DNA of 64,000 bases from Candidatus Latescibacterota bacterium (GTDB taxonomy: Bacteria; Latescibacterota; UBA2968; UBA8231). This document shows, piece after piece, positions 40,586-50,844 of this stretch. The notes beneath the pieces are model-generated. The model made no database searches and was not told the DNA's origin. It saw nothing but the letters and a program-made list of their open reading frames with translations. The position numbers and the translations under genes were made by a program. The stretch is from contig CBDFJF010000001.1 of assembly GCA_965248265.1 (NCBI GenBank), forward strand, positions 1,056,001-1,120,000, written 5' to 3'. Position 1 is the first letter of the stretch; each line of letters starts with the position of its first letter.

Positions 40586-41380
40586 ATGAAACGACTTTTG
40601 GCGGTGATCGTGTTGCTCTCATCCTCGGGATCGCTTGGCCAGACATCGCCCGAATTGCTCGAGAAGATCGACGCGATCGACTGGATGACCGAGCAATACC
40701 CTCCTTTCAATTACGTCGATGAAGAAGACGGACAGTTGAAAGGTATTACTGTCGATATCCTGGTGGAGATGTTTAAGAAAGTCGGCGCCAAGACGACGCG
40801 TCAGGACCTCCGAGTCCTACCCTGGGCGCGCGGCTACAAGGCGCTCCTCGAGAAACCAGGCACCGCACTGTTCTCGACGACCTATACCTTCGAGCGACTT
40901 CAGCAGTTCAAGTTCGTGGGACCTGTAATACCAACGCGGGTATCAGTGATAGCCGACGCCACTAGCAAGATCGACGCCTTGGACGACCTGAACGAGTTGA
41001 AAATAGGTACTGTCAGAGACGACGTAGGTGATCAATTGATTCGCACCTTGGGCGTAGCCGATAGGGCGATCGAACAAAGCCATTCGGCGTACAATCTGGT
41101 ACAGATGCTTGCCAAAGGCAGGCTCGATGCCATCGTCTATGCGGAGGATATCGCGCGCTATCAGTTTGCCCGAGCGGGAATCGATTCAAGGCGGTATGAG
41201 ACAGTTCTTGTGCTGAAAAACTCACACATGGGATATGCCTTTCACAACTCCACTGACCCTCGAGTCCTCGAACCGCTGCGCAAATCGTTGGATGAACTCA
41301 GGGCAGATGGCACCGTCGACCGAATCTATTCCAGCTACATCAGAAGCTTGAATGCCGAGAGGCAAGGATCACATAAATGA
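40586..41380 (+). CDS. Family-3 periplasmic solute-binding protein, paralog of 35292-36062
   Basis: Signal peptide; shares WMTEQYPP, LEKPGTALFSTTYT and SHMGYAFH with the paralog. Confidence 0.9.
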   Translation: MKRLLAVIVLLSSSGSLGQTSPELLEKIDAIDWMTEQYPPFNYVDEEDGQLKGITVDILVEMFKKVGAKTTRQDLRVLPWARGYKALLEKPGTALFSTTYTFERLQQFKFVGPVIPTRVSVIADATSKIDALDDLNELKIGTVRDDVGDQLIRTLGVADRAIEQSHSAYNLVQMLAKGRLDAIVYAEDIARYQFARAGIDSRRYETVLVLKNSHMGYAFHNSTDPRVLEPLRKSLDELRADGTVDRIYSSYIRSLNAERQGSHK

Positions 41381-41396
41381 TACTGATTACTCCGTG

Positions 41397-42338
41397 ATGT
41401 GGCGGGTGCTGGTCACCGCCGTTTCGCTGTGCATGGTCACGTCGGTGGCAGCAGATGAACTGGCAACCATCTATGGCAGTTTCCGCCCAGAGGTTATCGG
41501 TCGCTTCCCGGAAGCTGGGGACAACACGCGGTTGATGGACGACGGCTATTCTCGCGTCGGCGTCAAGGGACAGACCGAGTTATCGAACACACTCCAGGGC
41601 TTTTACAAGTACGAGCGTCGCGTGTCGGCCAACGACGGCGAAGACGATGGCGCTGTGCGTGGGGACAACAACGAGCTGCGCGAGGTCCATGTCGGTCTCA
41701 GCGGCCCTCTGGGCTCGTTGTCGATGGGACGCCACTACGGCCTCTACTACGACTATGTCGATGACGAGTTGGACCGTCACCGAAGCCACTACAGTGATGC
41801 CATCGTCTTCGGTGACCTGTTCGTATCGAACGCGCTCAGTTACCGCTCACCTGAGTTCGCGCTCGGCAACTTCGGGGTTCTCGTCGAATTCAACGATGCA
41901 GACAACCAGGGAAAATCGATAGACGAGCGGATTGAGCTGGCTGGCACACTGCGCCACGGGGCGGGCACCGTGCACGCTGGCTACGTCAGTTCCCCGATCC
42001 ACGAGGGCTTGTACGGTGTCGCCGCTTCGTACGACTATCGCCAGGCGCGTCTGGTCGGGGTATATCAGGCGATCGAACGAGCTGGAGGCGCGGAGGAAAC
42101 CCTCGCGAGCCTGGCTCTGGATGCGAAAATCGACTCCGACCGTTCTGTCCGCGTGGCTCTCACGTCAAAGCGAGACCAGGACGACTCAAACCTGGATCAG
42201 CTATTCGTCATCGTCGGCGGCGACCACCGCTTTTCAGATCATGTTCTCGTCTTCGTTGAGGTCTTCCGAAAATCTACCGAGCGCACACAACCACAAGACG
42301 AATCAACCTTGATCGGTGGAATTCGTTTCGATTTCTAA
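41397..42338 (+). CDS. Gram-negative porin
   Basis: Signal peptide; IYGS, SRVGVKG, RE.HVGLSG..G.LSMGR; C-terminal GIRFDF (terminal Phe). Confidence 0.85.
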   Translation: MWRVLVTAVSLCMVTSVAADELATIYGSFRPEVIGRFPEAGDNTRLMDDGYSRVGVKGQTELSNTLQGFYKYERRVSANDGEDDGAVRGDNNELREVHVGLSGPLGSLSMGRHYGLYYDYVDDELDRHRSHYSDAIVFGDLFVSNALSYRSPEFALGNFGVLVEFNDADNQGKSIDERIELAGTLRHGAGTVHAGYVSSPIHEGLYGVAASYDYRQARLVGVYQAIERAGGAEETLASLALDAKIDSDRSVRVALTSKRDQDDSNLDQLFVIVGGDHRFSDHVLVFVEVFRKSTERTQPQDESTLIGGIRFDF

Positions 42339-42341
42339 GCC

Positions 42342-42419
42342 TAGGAGCCTGTCCGAGTATTCGCTTTGATAGGCAATGACGCCCCCGCAGCCCAATTGGG
42401 ATACTCGGACAGGCTCCTA
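42342..42419. repeat. Perfect 19-bp inverted repeat with 40-bp spacer; MITE-like element or bidirectional terminator
   Basis: TAGGAGCCTGTCCGAGTAT (42342-60) / ATACTCGGACAGGCTCCTA (42401-19), between convergent genes. Confidence 0.8.
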
Positions 42420-42429
42420 CGGCATCTCC

Positions 42430-43257
42430 TCACTTCGCGGACGAGTCAGGTGAGGCATGGAGGCCGTACACGGCGCGCAGTTGAGCCATCTGCCCGGTAG
42501 TCTCCATGTGACGGATGCCTGAGTTGAAGATATCCCTCAACTCATGACCGAGTTTGCTCTTGGGGAACATCATATAGAAAGGCGTTAAGCGCCCACCCGG
42601 AAGCTCGTCATATGAGAGGTCGTACTCACTTAGCATGGGTTTGCCGATCGAGGAGAATCCGCGTATGATTTCGCAACGTTCTGGTACCAGGTCGCATCGA
42701 CCGCGTTCCAATTTCTGGCCCAACGCGTTGTTGTCTTTGGAGAAGGCGGCGATGTCACTGGGTGCTAATCCGAAGTCGTCATGGTAGTTGTACCCCACGA
42801 GACCGCATACGCTTTACTGCTTGAGATCGTCTTGCCCTTTGATATCGAGGCCATCGGGATGGTGCCGCTTGGCGTAAAAATAGCACGGCGTGGTGTAGTA
42901 ATAAGGATGAGACATCAGGTAGTTCTTTGCTCTTTTCGGGCTATATGACGCGTTGAGGAGTCCGTCGATGCGCTGTCCGTTTTCGACTTCCCGAAGACAT
43001 CGACTCCACGGCATCAGCTCTACCTGAAGTCGGATGTTGTGGGCAGCGAATACCTCGGTCGCGACATCGACGGCGAACCCGACGATTTCAGCTTTGTCCG
43101 TGCTGTCAGACCGATTGAAGTAGGTGTAAGGAGGCCATTCGAGACCGTCGTCGCAGAGACGCACGAGTCGACCTCGAAGCGAAGATGACTCCTCTCCAGT
43201 CAGGAGTTGCGCACTGATGAGGGTCGAAGCCACAAGGATCAGGCCGAGTTTGTTCAC
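42430..43257 (-). pseudogene. Family-3 solute-binding protein with one in-frame TAA
   Basis: ORFs 42814-43257 and 42430-42798 are in the same frame: DDLKQ*SVCGLVGYNY, stop at 42814-42816; EWPPY and MPWSRC motifs. Confidence 0.85.
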
Positions 43258-43338
43258 AACAGCTTCCCCAGTTTCAGTTCCGATGATGTGTGAAAACATA
43301 CACCGAACGCCCGCGTGCCCCAGCTTCGAGCACCGAGG

Positions 43339-45543
43339 ATGACGGAAGTGGACCACACTACTGCCAATCAGCAATCAGTGAACCCGACGGAATCGAACGT
43401 CAGTCGCAGTATAGCTTTTCGCTTCGGCCTGGCCCTTACGGCGGTCGTATCACTGAGCTTGATCCTGTTCGCTGGCGTTCTCCTCGGTATAGACGTGGTC
43501 CGCAGCGAACAGACGCTCCAGACCAAGCTGGCCAATGCATTGCGTCAGGGCCAGACCAGTTTGGCCGAACCTCTATGGAACGTGGACTCAGACACCGTCC
43601 AACGATTCATCGAAGCAATGATGCTGGACGCCTCGCTCGCATCGGTGACGGTTACGGATGAGGCCAAGGGCGTCGTCGGCCAGGGACGCACGGCGATTGA
43701 GCTCGGTCCGACGCAGCTGCTCACGGGTTCGGTTCCGATCAACTACAATGACACGTTGGTGGGTGAGATCGAGGTGGCCATCTCCAGAGAGGCTCTGGAG
43801 AGCGAGCTGGTGCAGAGGATTGCAGGCGTTCTCCTGCTGACCCTTTTCATTGTCGTGGCGATATCCGCCACAGCGATAGCCTTAACCCGCCGCTACATCG
43901 CCCGCCCATTGTTGAATCTGGAAAATTGCGCCCGCGCCATCGCCGGTGGCGACCTCGAGGTTGCCGTCGACACCAGCTCCGGAGACGAAATCGGCAGCCT
44001 CGCCAAGAGCCTCAATATCATGCGCGCGTCGATCAGGGACCTACTGTCGGCATTGCGCGACAGCAATAAGTCCCTCGAAGACAAGGTCATGGACCGAACC
44101 AACCAGTTGGAGCGGGCTGTCGAGCACGCCGAAGAGGCCCGGGCCCGGGCGGAAGCGGCTAACGTCGCCAAGAGCACGTTTTTGGCCAACATGTCGCACG
44201 AGCTCAGAACACCCCTCAACGTTATTCTTGGATTCGCACAGCTGATGCGTCGTGACCGCGAACTAATTCACAACCACGGCGACACACTGGAAATGATCGA
44301 GAACAGCGGCGCACACCTGCTCACCCTGATCAACGACGTCCTCGACGTCTCAAAAATTGAAGCCGGCCGGCTGACACTCGAAACCGAAGCCGTCGACCTC
44401 CATGATTTGTTGAATGACATCAGAGAGATGTTCGAACTCAGAGCCGCGGAAAAAGATCTGGATCTTGCCGTCGACATTGAGAACGTGGTTCCTCGTTTTG
44501 TCAGAATCGACAAGGGCCGGGTCCGGCAGGTGCTCATCAACCTGGTTGGCAACGCCATCAAGTTCACCACGTCGGGCCACGTCAAACTCCGAGTGGACGC
44601 GTCTCCCGAGGAGTCTTCGGTGCGGCTGGCGTTCGAAATCGGGGATAGCGGCCCAGGCATGTCTTCCGAAGAACTGAACACATTATTCGAACCGTTCATT
44701 CAGGGTGAAGCCGGACGCCAGGCTCAGCAGGGAGCGGGTTTGGGGCTGCACCTGAGCCGGAAGTTCGTAGATCTCATGGGAGGCGATCTCCAAGTCAACA
44801 GCCAGCTAGGGATCGGCTCCACCTTTCAGTTCGAGATCCTGGCGCAGCGTGAAGAGGCTGGCTCAGTCGTAGCGGTAGTCGAAACGCGAAAAGCTGTCAG
44901 CCTCGCCCCGGGCCAGTCCCGGCGACGCGTGCTGATTGTAGAAGACATGCCTGAGAGCCGGATCCTGCTGTCCACCTTCATGAAAGACCTGGGCTTTGAG
45001 ACACGCACGGCAAGCAATGGCCAGGAGGCTGTGGAGATCTGGGACGAATGGCAACCGCATCTGACATGGATGGATATTCGCATGCCTGTGATGAACGGTA
45101 TTGAGGCCACAGAGCGAATCAAGGCGCATCCACGAGGTGGACAGACGAAGGTCATTGCCTTAACGGCCAGCGTGTTCCAAGATGAACGAGAACGCATCCT
45201 GGGCCACGGTTGCGATGACTTCGTGCGCAAGCCCTTTCGCGAGGAAGAGCTTGTCGGCATGCTTGAGAAGCATCTCGATCTGCGGTTCATCTATGTCGAT
45301 AGCCCAAAAATCCCGGAGGAGGAGGTTGTGCTCTCGAATCAGACCCTAAGCCTGCAGGGGCTTAGCGGTGAGTGGATCGACGAGCTGCAGGCCGCAGCGC
45401 GTGGCGCCGACGCCGACAGAATCTACGAACTGCTGGAGCAAAGCCAGACACAACACTCCGATGTTGCTGGTGTCCTGGCCGAATTGGTTCACGGATTCCG
45501 GTTCGACGAGATCTTGAGGCTGACCGAGAAGGAACGCATCTGA
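43339..45543 (+). CDS. Membrane hybrid histidine kinase (TM-small periplasmic domain-TM-HAMP-HisKA-HATPase-REC)
   Basis: Two transmembrane segments, HAMP (RPL...DEIGSLA), MSHELRTPL, NLVGNAIKF, WMDIRMP. Confidence 0.93.
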   Translation: MTEVDHTTANQQSVNPTESNVSRSIAFRFGLALTAVVSLSLILFAGVLLGIDVVRSEQTLQTKLANALRQGQTSLAEPLWNVDSDTVQRFIEAMMLDASLASVTVTDEAKGVVGQGRTAIELGPTQLLTGSVPINYNDTLVGEIEVAISREALESELVQRIAGVLLLTLFIVVAISATAIALTRRYIARPLLNLENCARAIAGGDLEVAVDTSSGDEIGSLAKSLNIMRASIRDLLSALRDSNKSLEDKVMDRTNQLERAVEHAEEARARAEAANVAKSTFLANMSHELRTPLNVILGFAQLMRRDRELIHNHGDTLEMIENSGAHLLTLINDVLDVSKIEAGRLTLETEAVDLHDLLNDIREMFELRAAEKDLDLAVDIENVVPRFVRIDKGRVRQVLINLVGNAIKFTTSGHVKLRVDASPEESSVRLAFEIGDSGPGMSSEELNTLFEPFIQGEAGRQAQQGAGLGLHLSRKFVDLMGGDLQVNSQLGIGSTFQFEILAQREEAGSVVAVVETRKAVSLAPGQSRRRVLIVEDMPESRILLSTFMKDLGFETRTASNGQEAVEIWDEWQPHLTWMDIRMPVMNGIEATERIKAHPRGGQTKVIALTASVFQDERERILGHGCDDFVRKPFREEELVGMLEKHLDLRFIYVDSPKIPEEEVVLSNQTLSLQGLSGEWIDELQAAARGADADRIYELLEQSQTQHSDVAGVLAELVHGFRFDEILRLTEKERI

Positions 45544-45546
45544 ATC

Positions 45547-48500
45547 ATGATCAAAGATTTTACTGACATCTTGTGGGTGACGATCTGCGCAGGACTCGTG
45601 TTCCTGATGCAGGCCGGATTTCTGTGCCTCGAAACCGGGCTCACCAGGAGCAAGAACAACATCAATGTCGCGATCAAGAACCTCAGCGATCTCGGCATAT
45701 CGATCGTCCTGTTCTGGGGTTTCGGATTTGCCCTCATGTTTGGTACGACTCACGGCGGCTGGTTCGGATCGCAGCAATTCGTTCCCGATCTTGGGCAGGC
45801 CGGGATGTGGACGGTCGCCTTCTTGCTGTACCAGGCCATGTTTTGCGGCACAGCGATGACGATCCTATCGGGAGCGATCGCCGAGCGCATGCGTTTCAGC
45901 GGCTACATCCTCTCGGCCATCATAGTCTCTGGACTCATCTACCCGGTGTTCGGACACTGGGCCTGGAATGGTGCCGACGTGGGCCAACAACTGGGGTGGC
46001 TGAACAGCCGCGGATTTGTCGATTTTGCCGGAGCCACCGTCGTTCACAGTTTTGGCGGTTGGGTCTCCCTCGCCCTGTTGTTCGTGATCGGTCCTCGCTC
46101 AGGCCGCTTTGCGGCGGAGGGTTCCACGCGCCAGATCCCGGGCGCGAATCTTCCCCTCGCCACCCTCGGCGTCATCTTGCTCTGGCTCGGTTGGTTCGGA
46201 TTCAACGGCGGCAGCACGCTGGGCATGGATGAGCGCGTACCCCGAGTCATCACCAATACGATTTTCGCCGGCGCTTCTGGCCTGGTGACCGCACTGGCAG
46301 CGGGTTGGATTTTCAGAGGTCGCGCCGACGTTCATCTGGTCATCAACGGCTCACTGTCCGGGCTCGTAGCCGTAACAGCGGGTGCCCATGCCGTGACGAC
46401 CCTGAATGCCATACTCATCGGTGCCGGCGGCAGCGTTGCCATGATTTTGGTTGACTATCTGATGCTGCGGCATCGCGTGGACGATGCCGTTGGTGCCGTT
46501 CCCGTCCACCTCGGGGCCGGTATCTGGGGCACCCTGTCACTGGCCTTTTTCGCAGATCTCGGGGCCCTGGGAACGGGTCTGGATCGTTGGGAGCAGTTCC
46601 AGATTCAGGCTATCGGGGTCCTGGCCTGCGGGGTGTGGACCTTCGGGCTTGTCACGATTCTGTTTCGTCTGATCAACCGCTGGTTCAAGTTTCGCGTTTC
46701 AGCGCAAGACGAGCACGTCGGCCTCAACGTCTCCGAACACGGAGCCAGCACCGATCTGCTCGATCTTCTGGACACCATGGACCAGCAGGCGCAAACCGGT
46801 GACATGAGCATGAAGATGCCGGTGGAGCCGTTCACCGAGATCGGTCAGGTCGCCAAGCACTACAACGAAGTGATGGAAGCGCTCCAGAAGACGGTGGCGC
46901 GTACCGAGGGCATCGTGCGCACGGCGATGGACGGTATCATCACCTTTTCTAGAGACTCGCTCTCCATCCTGTCCATCAACCCTGCTGCTGAGGCGATGTT
47001 CGCCTGTTCCGGGCCCGCCGTTGTCGGCGACTCTATCGACAGGTTTCTCGACTCCGAGTCTGCGCAGTCAAACCTCCGATCCAACATCACGTCCATGGTA
47101 AAATCTGGAGTGGCCCGGCGTGTATCCGGTAGGCGTAACGGGGACTCTTTTCCGATGGAAGTCGCGGTCGCTGAAGTGGAAGCAGGTGATGAGGGCTTCT
47201 ACGTCGGTATGTTTCGGGACATGACGGCGCTACAGGAGAGTGAAGCACGCTATCGGAACCTTTTGGACAACATCCCGATTGGCATCTATCGCAACACTCC
47301 AGGGCCCGAAGGCAAGCTACTCATGGCCAATGCAGCTTCGGCAAAGATTTTCGGTTACGACTCCGTGGAGGAATACCAGCAGCAGGACACGAGCTCAAGC
47401 TACAGAAATCCGGAGGAACGCATCGCTTTTTCCGACCGTCTGATCGAGGAAGGCGAGGTTACGGGAGTGGAGCTGGCCTTGCACAAGCAGGACGGTACGC
47501 CGATATGGGTTGCCATCTCGGCGCGCACCATCTACGACGAAAAGGGAAACGTAGCCTACTTCGACGGCATGATCGAGGACATTACCGTGCGCAAAGAGGC
47601 AGAGGATGCCCTGCGTGCGGCCAAGGAGGCTGCTGAAAGCGCCAATCTCGCCAAGAGTACCTTCCTCGCGCGCATGAGTCACGAATTGCGCACGCCCTTG
47701 AATGCCATTCTCGGTTACACGCAGCTCATGAGTCTCGACCGGGGCACGCCACCGCAACACGTGGAGAGCCTGGAGATAGTCGGTCGAAGCGGCGAGCATC
47801 TGCTGGCGTTGATCAACGACGTGCTGGACATGTCTAAAATTGAAGCCGGGCAGGTCGAGCTCAACGAATCCACTTTCGATCTCCATCGATTGTTGGAGGA
47901 TCTGGAGGACCTTTTCCGCGTCAGTGTCTCTGAAAAGGGATTACAGCTGGTGTTTGAACGCCAGGCAGATCTGCCTACTCTGGTATCAACTGATGAGGGC
48001 AAGTTGCGTCAAGTCTTGATCAACTTACTTGGAAATGCCACGAAGTTCACGGTGGAGGGCAGAATCGTTTTGCGCGCTCGAGCGAGACACGACGTGGAAA
48101 ACCTGCGTCTCTACTTCGAGGTCGAGGATACGGGACCCGGTATCTCTGAGGACGATCTGGTGGAGCTGTTCGATCCCTTCGTGCAGATCGAGCACAAGGG
48201 TGGGGCTCAAGAGGGTACAGGGCTGGGCCTGCCGATCAGCCGGCAGTTCGTCCGTATCATGGGAGGCGAGATCACCGTCGACTCCGAGCTTGGTAGCGGC
48301 TCCACATTCAAATTTGACATCGCGACCGGTGTTGGCGAGTCCATAGTTCATCCAGCCTCGCCTCCAGCGCGGCGCGTGCTGGGCCTTGAGGATGGTCAGA
48401 TTCCACGGCGAATACTGGCTGTCGATGACCAGCCTGAGAATGTCCAGTTGCTCCAAGCCATCCTGGAGCGGATCGGATTTGAAGTCCGTGTCGCCACCAA

Positions 48501-49032
48501 CGGCAAGGAAGCGGTGGATGTGTGGGCGGATTGGGAGCCACACCTCATATGGATGGACATCCGCATGCCGGTGATGGATGGCCTTGAGGCCACTCGCAGG
48601 ATAAAGGCATCCCCCCAAGGTCAATCGACCGTCATCGCCGCGCTCACCGCCAGTGTCTTCGAGGAAGAGCGCGCTGAAATCCTGGCCACTGGCTGTGATG
48701 ACTTCGTGCGTAAGCCGTTCACCGAGACGGAGATTCTCGATGTCATCGAGCGCCATCTCGGTGTGAAATTCGTGTACGATGAAAGCGGAGTGCCACCACA
48801 GTTGGGATTGGGTGATCAGGTGTTTGGGGAACAGATAGCTAAGCTGCCCCCACTGTGGATGAATGAAATGCATGGCGCTGCGGCTCAAGCAGATACCGAG
48901 GTGGCGACGACGCTGCTGGGACGGATCGAAGGCGACCATCCAGAAATCTTTCGAACGCTGACAACACTCGTAGGGGAATTCCGTTTCGCCGAGATCATGG
49001 CGTTGACGGAATCCGGGGCTGATGGATCGTGA
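45547..49032 (+). CDS. amt: Ammonium transporter (Amt) fused to PAS-PAS-HisKA-HATPase-REC: putative ammonium sensor kinase
   Basis: MQAGF.CLETG, SGAIAER, DFAGATVVH, GWFGFNGGS, DDAVGAVPVH, then two PAS domains, MSHELRTPL and WMDIRMP in one ORF. Confidence 0.93.
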   Translation: MIKDFTDILWVTICAGLVFLMQAGFLCLETGLTRSKNNINVAIKNLSDLGISIVLFWGFGFALMFGTTHGGWFGSQQFVPDLGQAGMWTVAFLLYQAMFCGTAMTILSGAIAERMRFSGYILSAIIVSGLIYPVFGHWAWNGADVGQQLGWLNSRGFVDFAGATVVHSFGGWVSLALLFVIGPRSGRFAAEGSTRQIPGANLPLATLGVILLWLGWFGFNGGSTLGMDERVPRVITNTIFAGASGLVTALAAGWIFRGRADVHLVINGSLSGLVAVTAGAHAVTTLNAILIGAGGSVAMILVDYLMLRHRVDDAVGAVPVHLGAGIWGTLSLAFFADLGALGTGLDRWEQFQIQAIGVLACGVWTFGLVTILFRLINRWFKFRVSAQDEHVGLNVSEHGASTDLLDLLDTMDQQAQTGDMSMKMPVEPFTEIGQVAKHYNEVMEALQKTVARTEGIVRTAMDGIITFSRDSLSILSINPAAEAMFACSGPAVVGDSIDRFLDSESAQSNLRSNITSMVKSGVARRVSGRRNGDSFPMEVAVAEVEAGDEGFYVGMFRDMTALQESEARYRNLLDNIPIGIYRNTPGPEGKLLMANAASAKIFGYDSVEEYQQQDTSSSYRNPEERIAFSDRLIEEGEVTGVELALHKQDGTPIWVAISARTIYDEKGNVAYFDGMIEDITVRKEAEDALRAAKEAAESANLAKSTFLARMSHELRTPLNAILGYTQLMSLDRGTPPQHVESLEIVGRSGEHLLALINDVLDMSKIEAGQVELNESTFDLHRLLEDLEDLFRVSVSEKGLQLVFERQADLPTLVSTDEGKLRQVLINLLGNATKFTVEGRIVLRARARHDVENLRLYFEVEDTGPGISEDDLVELFDPFVQIEHKGGAQEGTGLGLPISRQFVRIMGGEITVDSELGSGSTFKFDIATGVGESIVHPASPPARRVLGLEDGQIPRRILAVDDQPENVQLLQAILERIGFEVRVATNGKEAVDVWADWEPHLIWMDIRMPVMDGLEATRRIKASPQGQSTVIAALTASVFEEERAEILATGCDDFVRKPFTETEILDVIERHLGVKFVYDESGVPPQLGLGDQVFGEQIAKLPPLWMNEMHGAAAQADTEVATTLLGRIEGDHPEIFRTLTTLVGEFRFAEIMALTESGADGS

Positions 49033-50651
49033 GCAATCCAAAGGGCGATGTTCTCATCGTCGACGACACCTTACCCAACCTGCGATTCCTGACCACCATG
49101 CTCAGTGATCAGGGATTCAAGGTGCGCGGAGTTCCCAGTGGGGCAATGGCCATCACGGCTGCCACTTCAGCTCCTCCAGACTTGATTCTTCTCGATGTCA
49201 ACATGCCTGAGATGAACGGGTATGAAGTCTGCGATAGATTGAAATCAGAACCACTGACGGCTGACATTCCAGTCATATTCCTGAGTGCCCTGTCCGACAC
49301 GCTGGACAAGGTAAGGGCGTTCGAAGCCGGCGGCGTAGACTATATCACTAAGCCCTTCCAGCTCGATGAAGTCCTCGCCCGGGTTGACAGTCATCTGTCC
49401 GTGCGACGTCTGCAGGAGCAGTTGGAGCGATCGAATGAGGACCTCGGCCGTCGCGTTGAGGAGCGCACAGCGGAACTAACACAGGCCATTGCCCTGTTGA
49501 AGGAGCAGGTGGCGGAGCGTGAGCGCGCCGAGGCCGAGCGTGCCAAGCTCGAATCTCAGCTCCATCAGGCAGGGAGAATGGAGGCGCTTGGCCGCCTGGC
49601 CGGGGGCGTCGCTCATGATTTCAACAATTGGCTCACGGTGATTTCAGGGTACGCGGAAGTGCTTCACGATGTTAGCCAGGACGACGAAGCCATCCAGGGC
49701 GCCGCGCGTATCCAGCGAGCCGCGGCGCGGGCTGCTGAGTTGACGAAGCAGTTGCTTGCCTTCAGTCGGCAGCAGGTGTTTGAGCCTACTGTGCTTGATC
49801 TGAACCAAGTGGTGTGCAGTGCCGAAGAAATGCTGCAAAGGCTTCTCGGCGACAACATCAAGGTGATCCTGGACCTCGCCCCAGAATTGGGAAAAGTCAG
49901 ATCCGACGCCGGCCAACTGGACCAGGTAATCCTGAACCTCGCCATCAATGCCCGCGACGCCATGCCCAAAGGGGGCGAAATCACCCTGCGAACCCGCAAC
50001 AAGGGTGACTCCTACATCACTCTCGAAGTGCGGGACGTAGGCGTCGGCATGGACGCAGAGACTCAGGCCATGATCTTCGAGCCCTTTTTTACCTCCAAGG
50101 AGCTCGGCAGGGGCACCGGCCTGGGTCTTTCCACCGTACACGGTATCGTGACTCAGAGCGGTGGGAAAATCCAGGTAGATAGTGCACCAGGTACAGGTGC
50201 GGCGTTCACCGTCTACCTACCCCGGGTGGACGATTCGGTGCAGGTAGCGAAATCGTCCTCAGGCGAGATCAGCAGCGTGTGCGGTTCTGAGACGATCATG
50301 GTTGTCGAGGACGAGGAAGACGTACGCGACATGATCTGCGAGCTGCTTCGATCTCAGGGATATTCTGTGCTGGCGGCAGAGAACGGAGCTGAGGCATTGC
50401 AGGTTTGGGAACGCCATGAAGACCCCGTCCACATGCTGCTCACGGATGTTGTGATGCCTTCAATGGGCGGGCCAGAGTTGGCTGACTGGCTGGCACCGCT
50501 GCGCGCACAGATGAAGGTGGTTTTTATTTCTGGCTACCCGGGAGACGATGCGCTGCAGAACCTCCTGGCAAAGTCGGATTTTGCTTTTCTACCCAAACCG
50601 TTCACGCGTACTGCATTGCTAACCAAGGTTCGGGAGAGTCTGAACAGCTAG
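49029..50651 (+). CDS. REC-HisKA-HATPase-REC hybrid kinase (CckA-like core)
   Basis: N-terminal REC similar to that of 36306; AGGVAHDFNN, NLAINARDAMP, GTGLGL, C-terminal LLTDVVMP; GTGA overlap with the Amt fusion. Confidence 0.93.
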   Translation: MSNPKGDVLIVDDTLPNLRFLTTMLSDQGFKVRGVPSGAMAITAATSAPPDLILLDVNMPEMNGYEVCDRLKSEPLTADIPVIFLSALSDTLDKVRAFEAGGVDYITKPFQLDEVLARVDSHLSVRRLQEQLERSNEDLGRRVEERTAELTQAIALLKEQVAERERAEAERAKLESQLHQAGRMEALGRLAGGVAHDFNNWLTVISGYAEVLHDVSQDDEAIQGAARIQRAAARAAELTKQLLAFSRQQVFEPTVLDLNQVVCSAEEMLQRLLGDNIKVILDLAPELGKVRSDAGQLDQVILNLAINARDAMPKGGEITLRTRNKGDSYITLEVRDVGVGMDAETQAMIFEPFFTSKELGRGTGLGLSTVHGIVTQSGGKIQVDSAPGTGAAFTVYLPRVDDSVQVAKSSSGEISSVCGSETIMVVEDEEDVRDMICELLRSQGYSVLAAENGAEALQVWERHEDPVHMLLTDVVMPSMGGPELADWLAPLRAQMKVVFISGYPGDDALQNLLAKSDFAFLPKPFTRTALLTKVRESLNS

Positions 50652-50722
50652 CCAACTGCTCGATCTACTGCTTTAATACCTCGATCTGTGCCTCGTAGTC
50701 CTTTGTCATCGCGGACCACTCC
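50481..50722 (+). repeat. Diverged direct repeat copy A (kinase 3' end + remnant of PNPOx-like 3' end)
   Basis: 50481-50652 aligns to 60625-60796 (13 mismatches in 172 nt by hand); 50653-50722 aligns to 60834-60903. Confidence 0.9.
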
Positions 50723-50844
50723 AGATTGGCTTCGTCTGGGGGATAGGTGGAAGCAAGCGGAACACACTGGAACACAGAGGAATCTTCCAGTGCGTTTTCA
50801 GAGGGCTCTGTGGTAGAAGCGTGCATGGATCTTAGCCAGATGTT

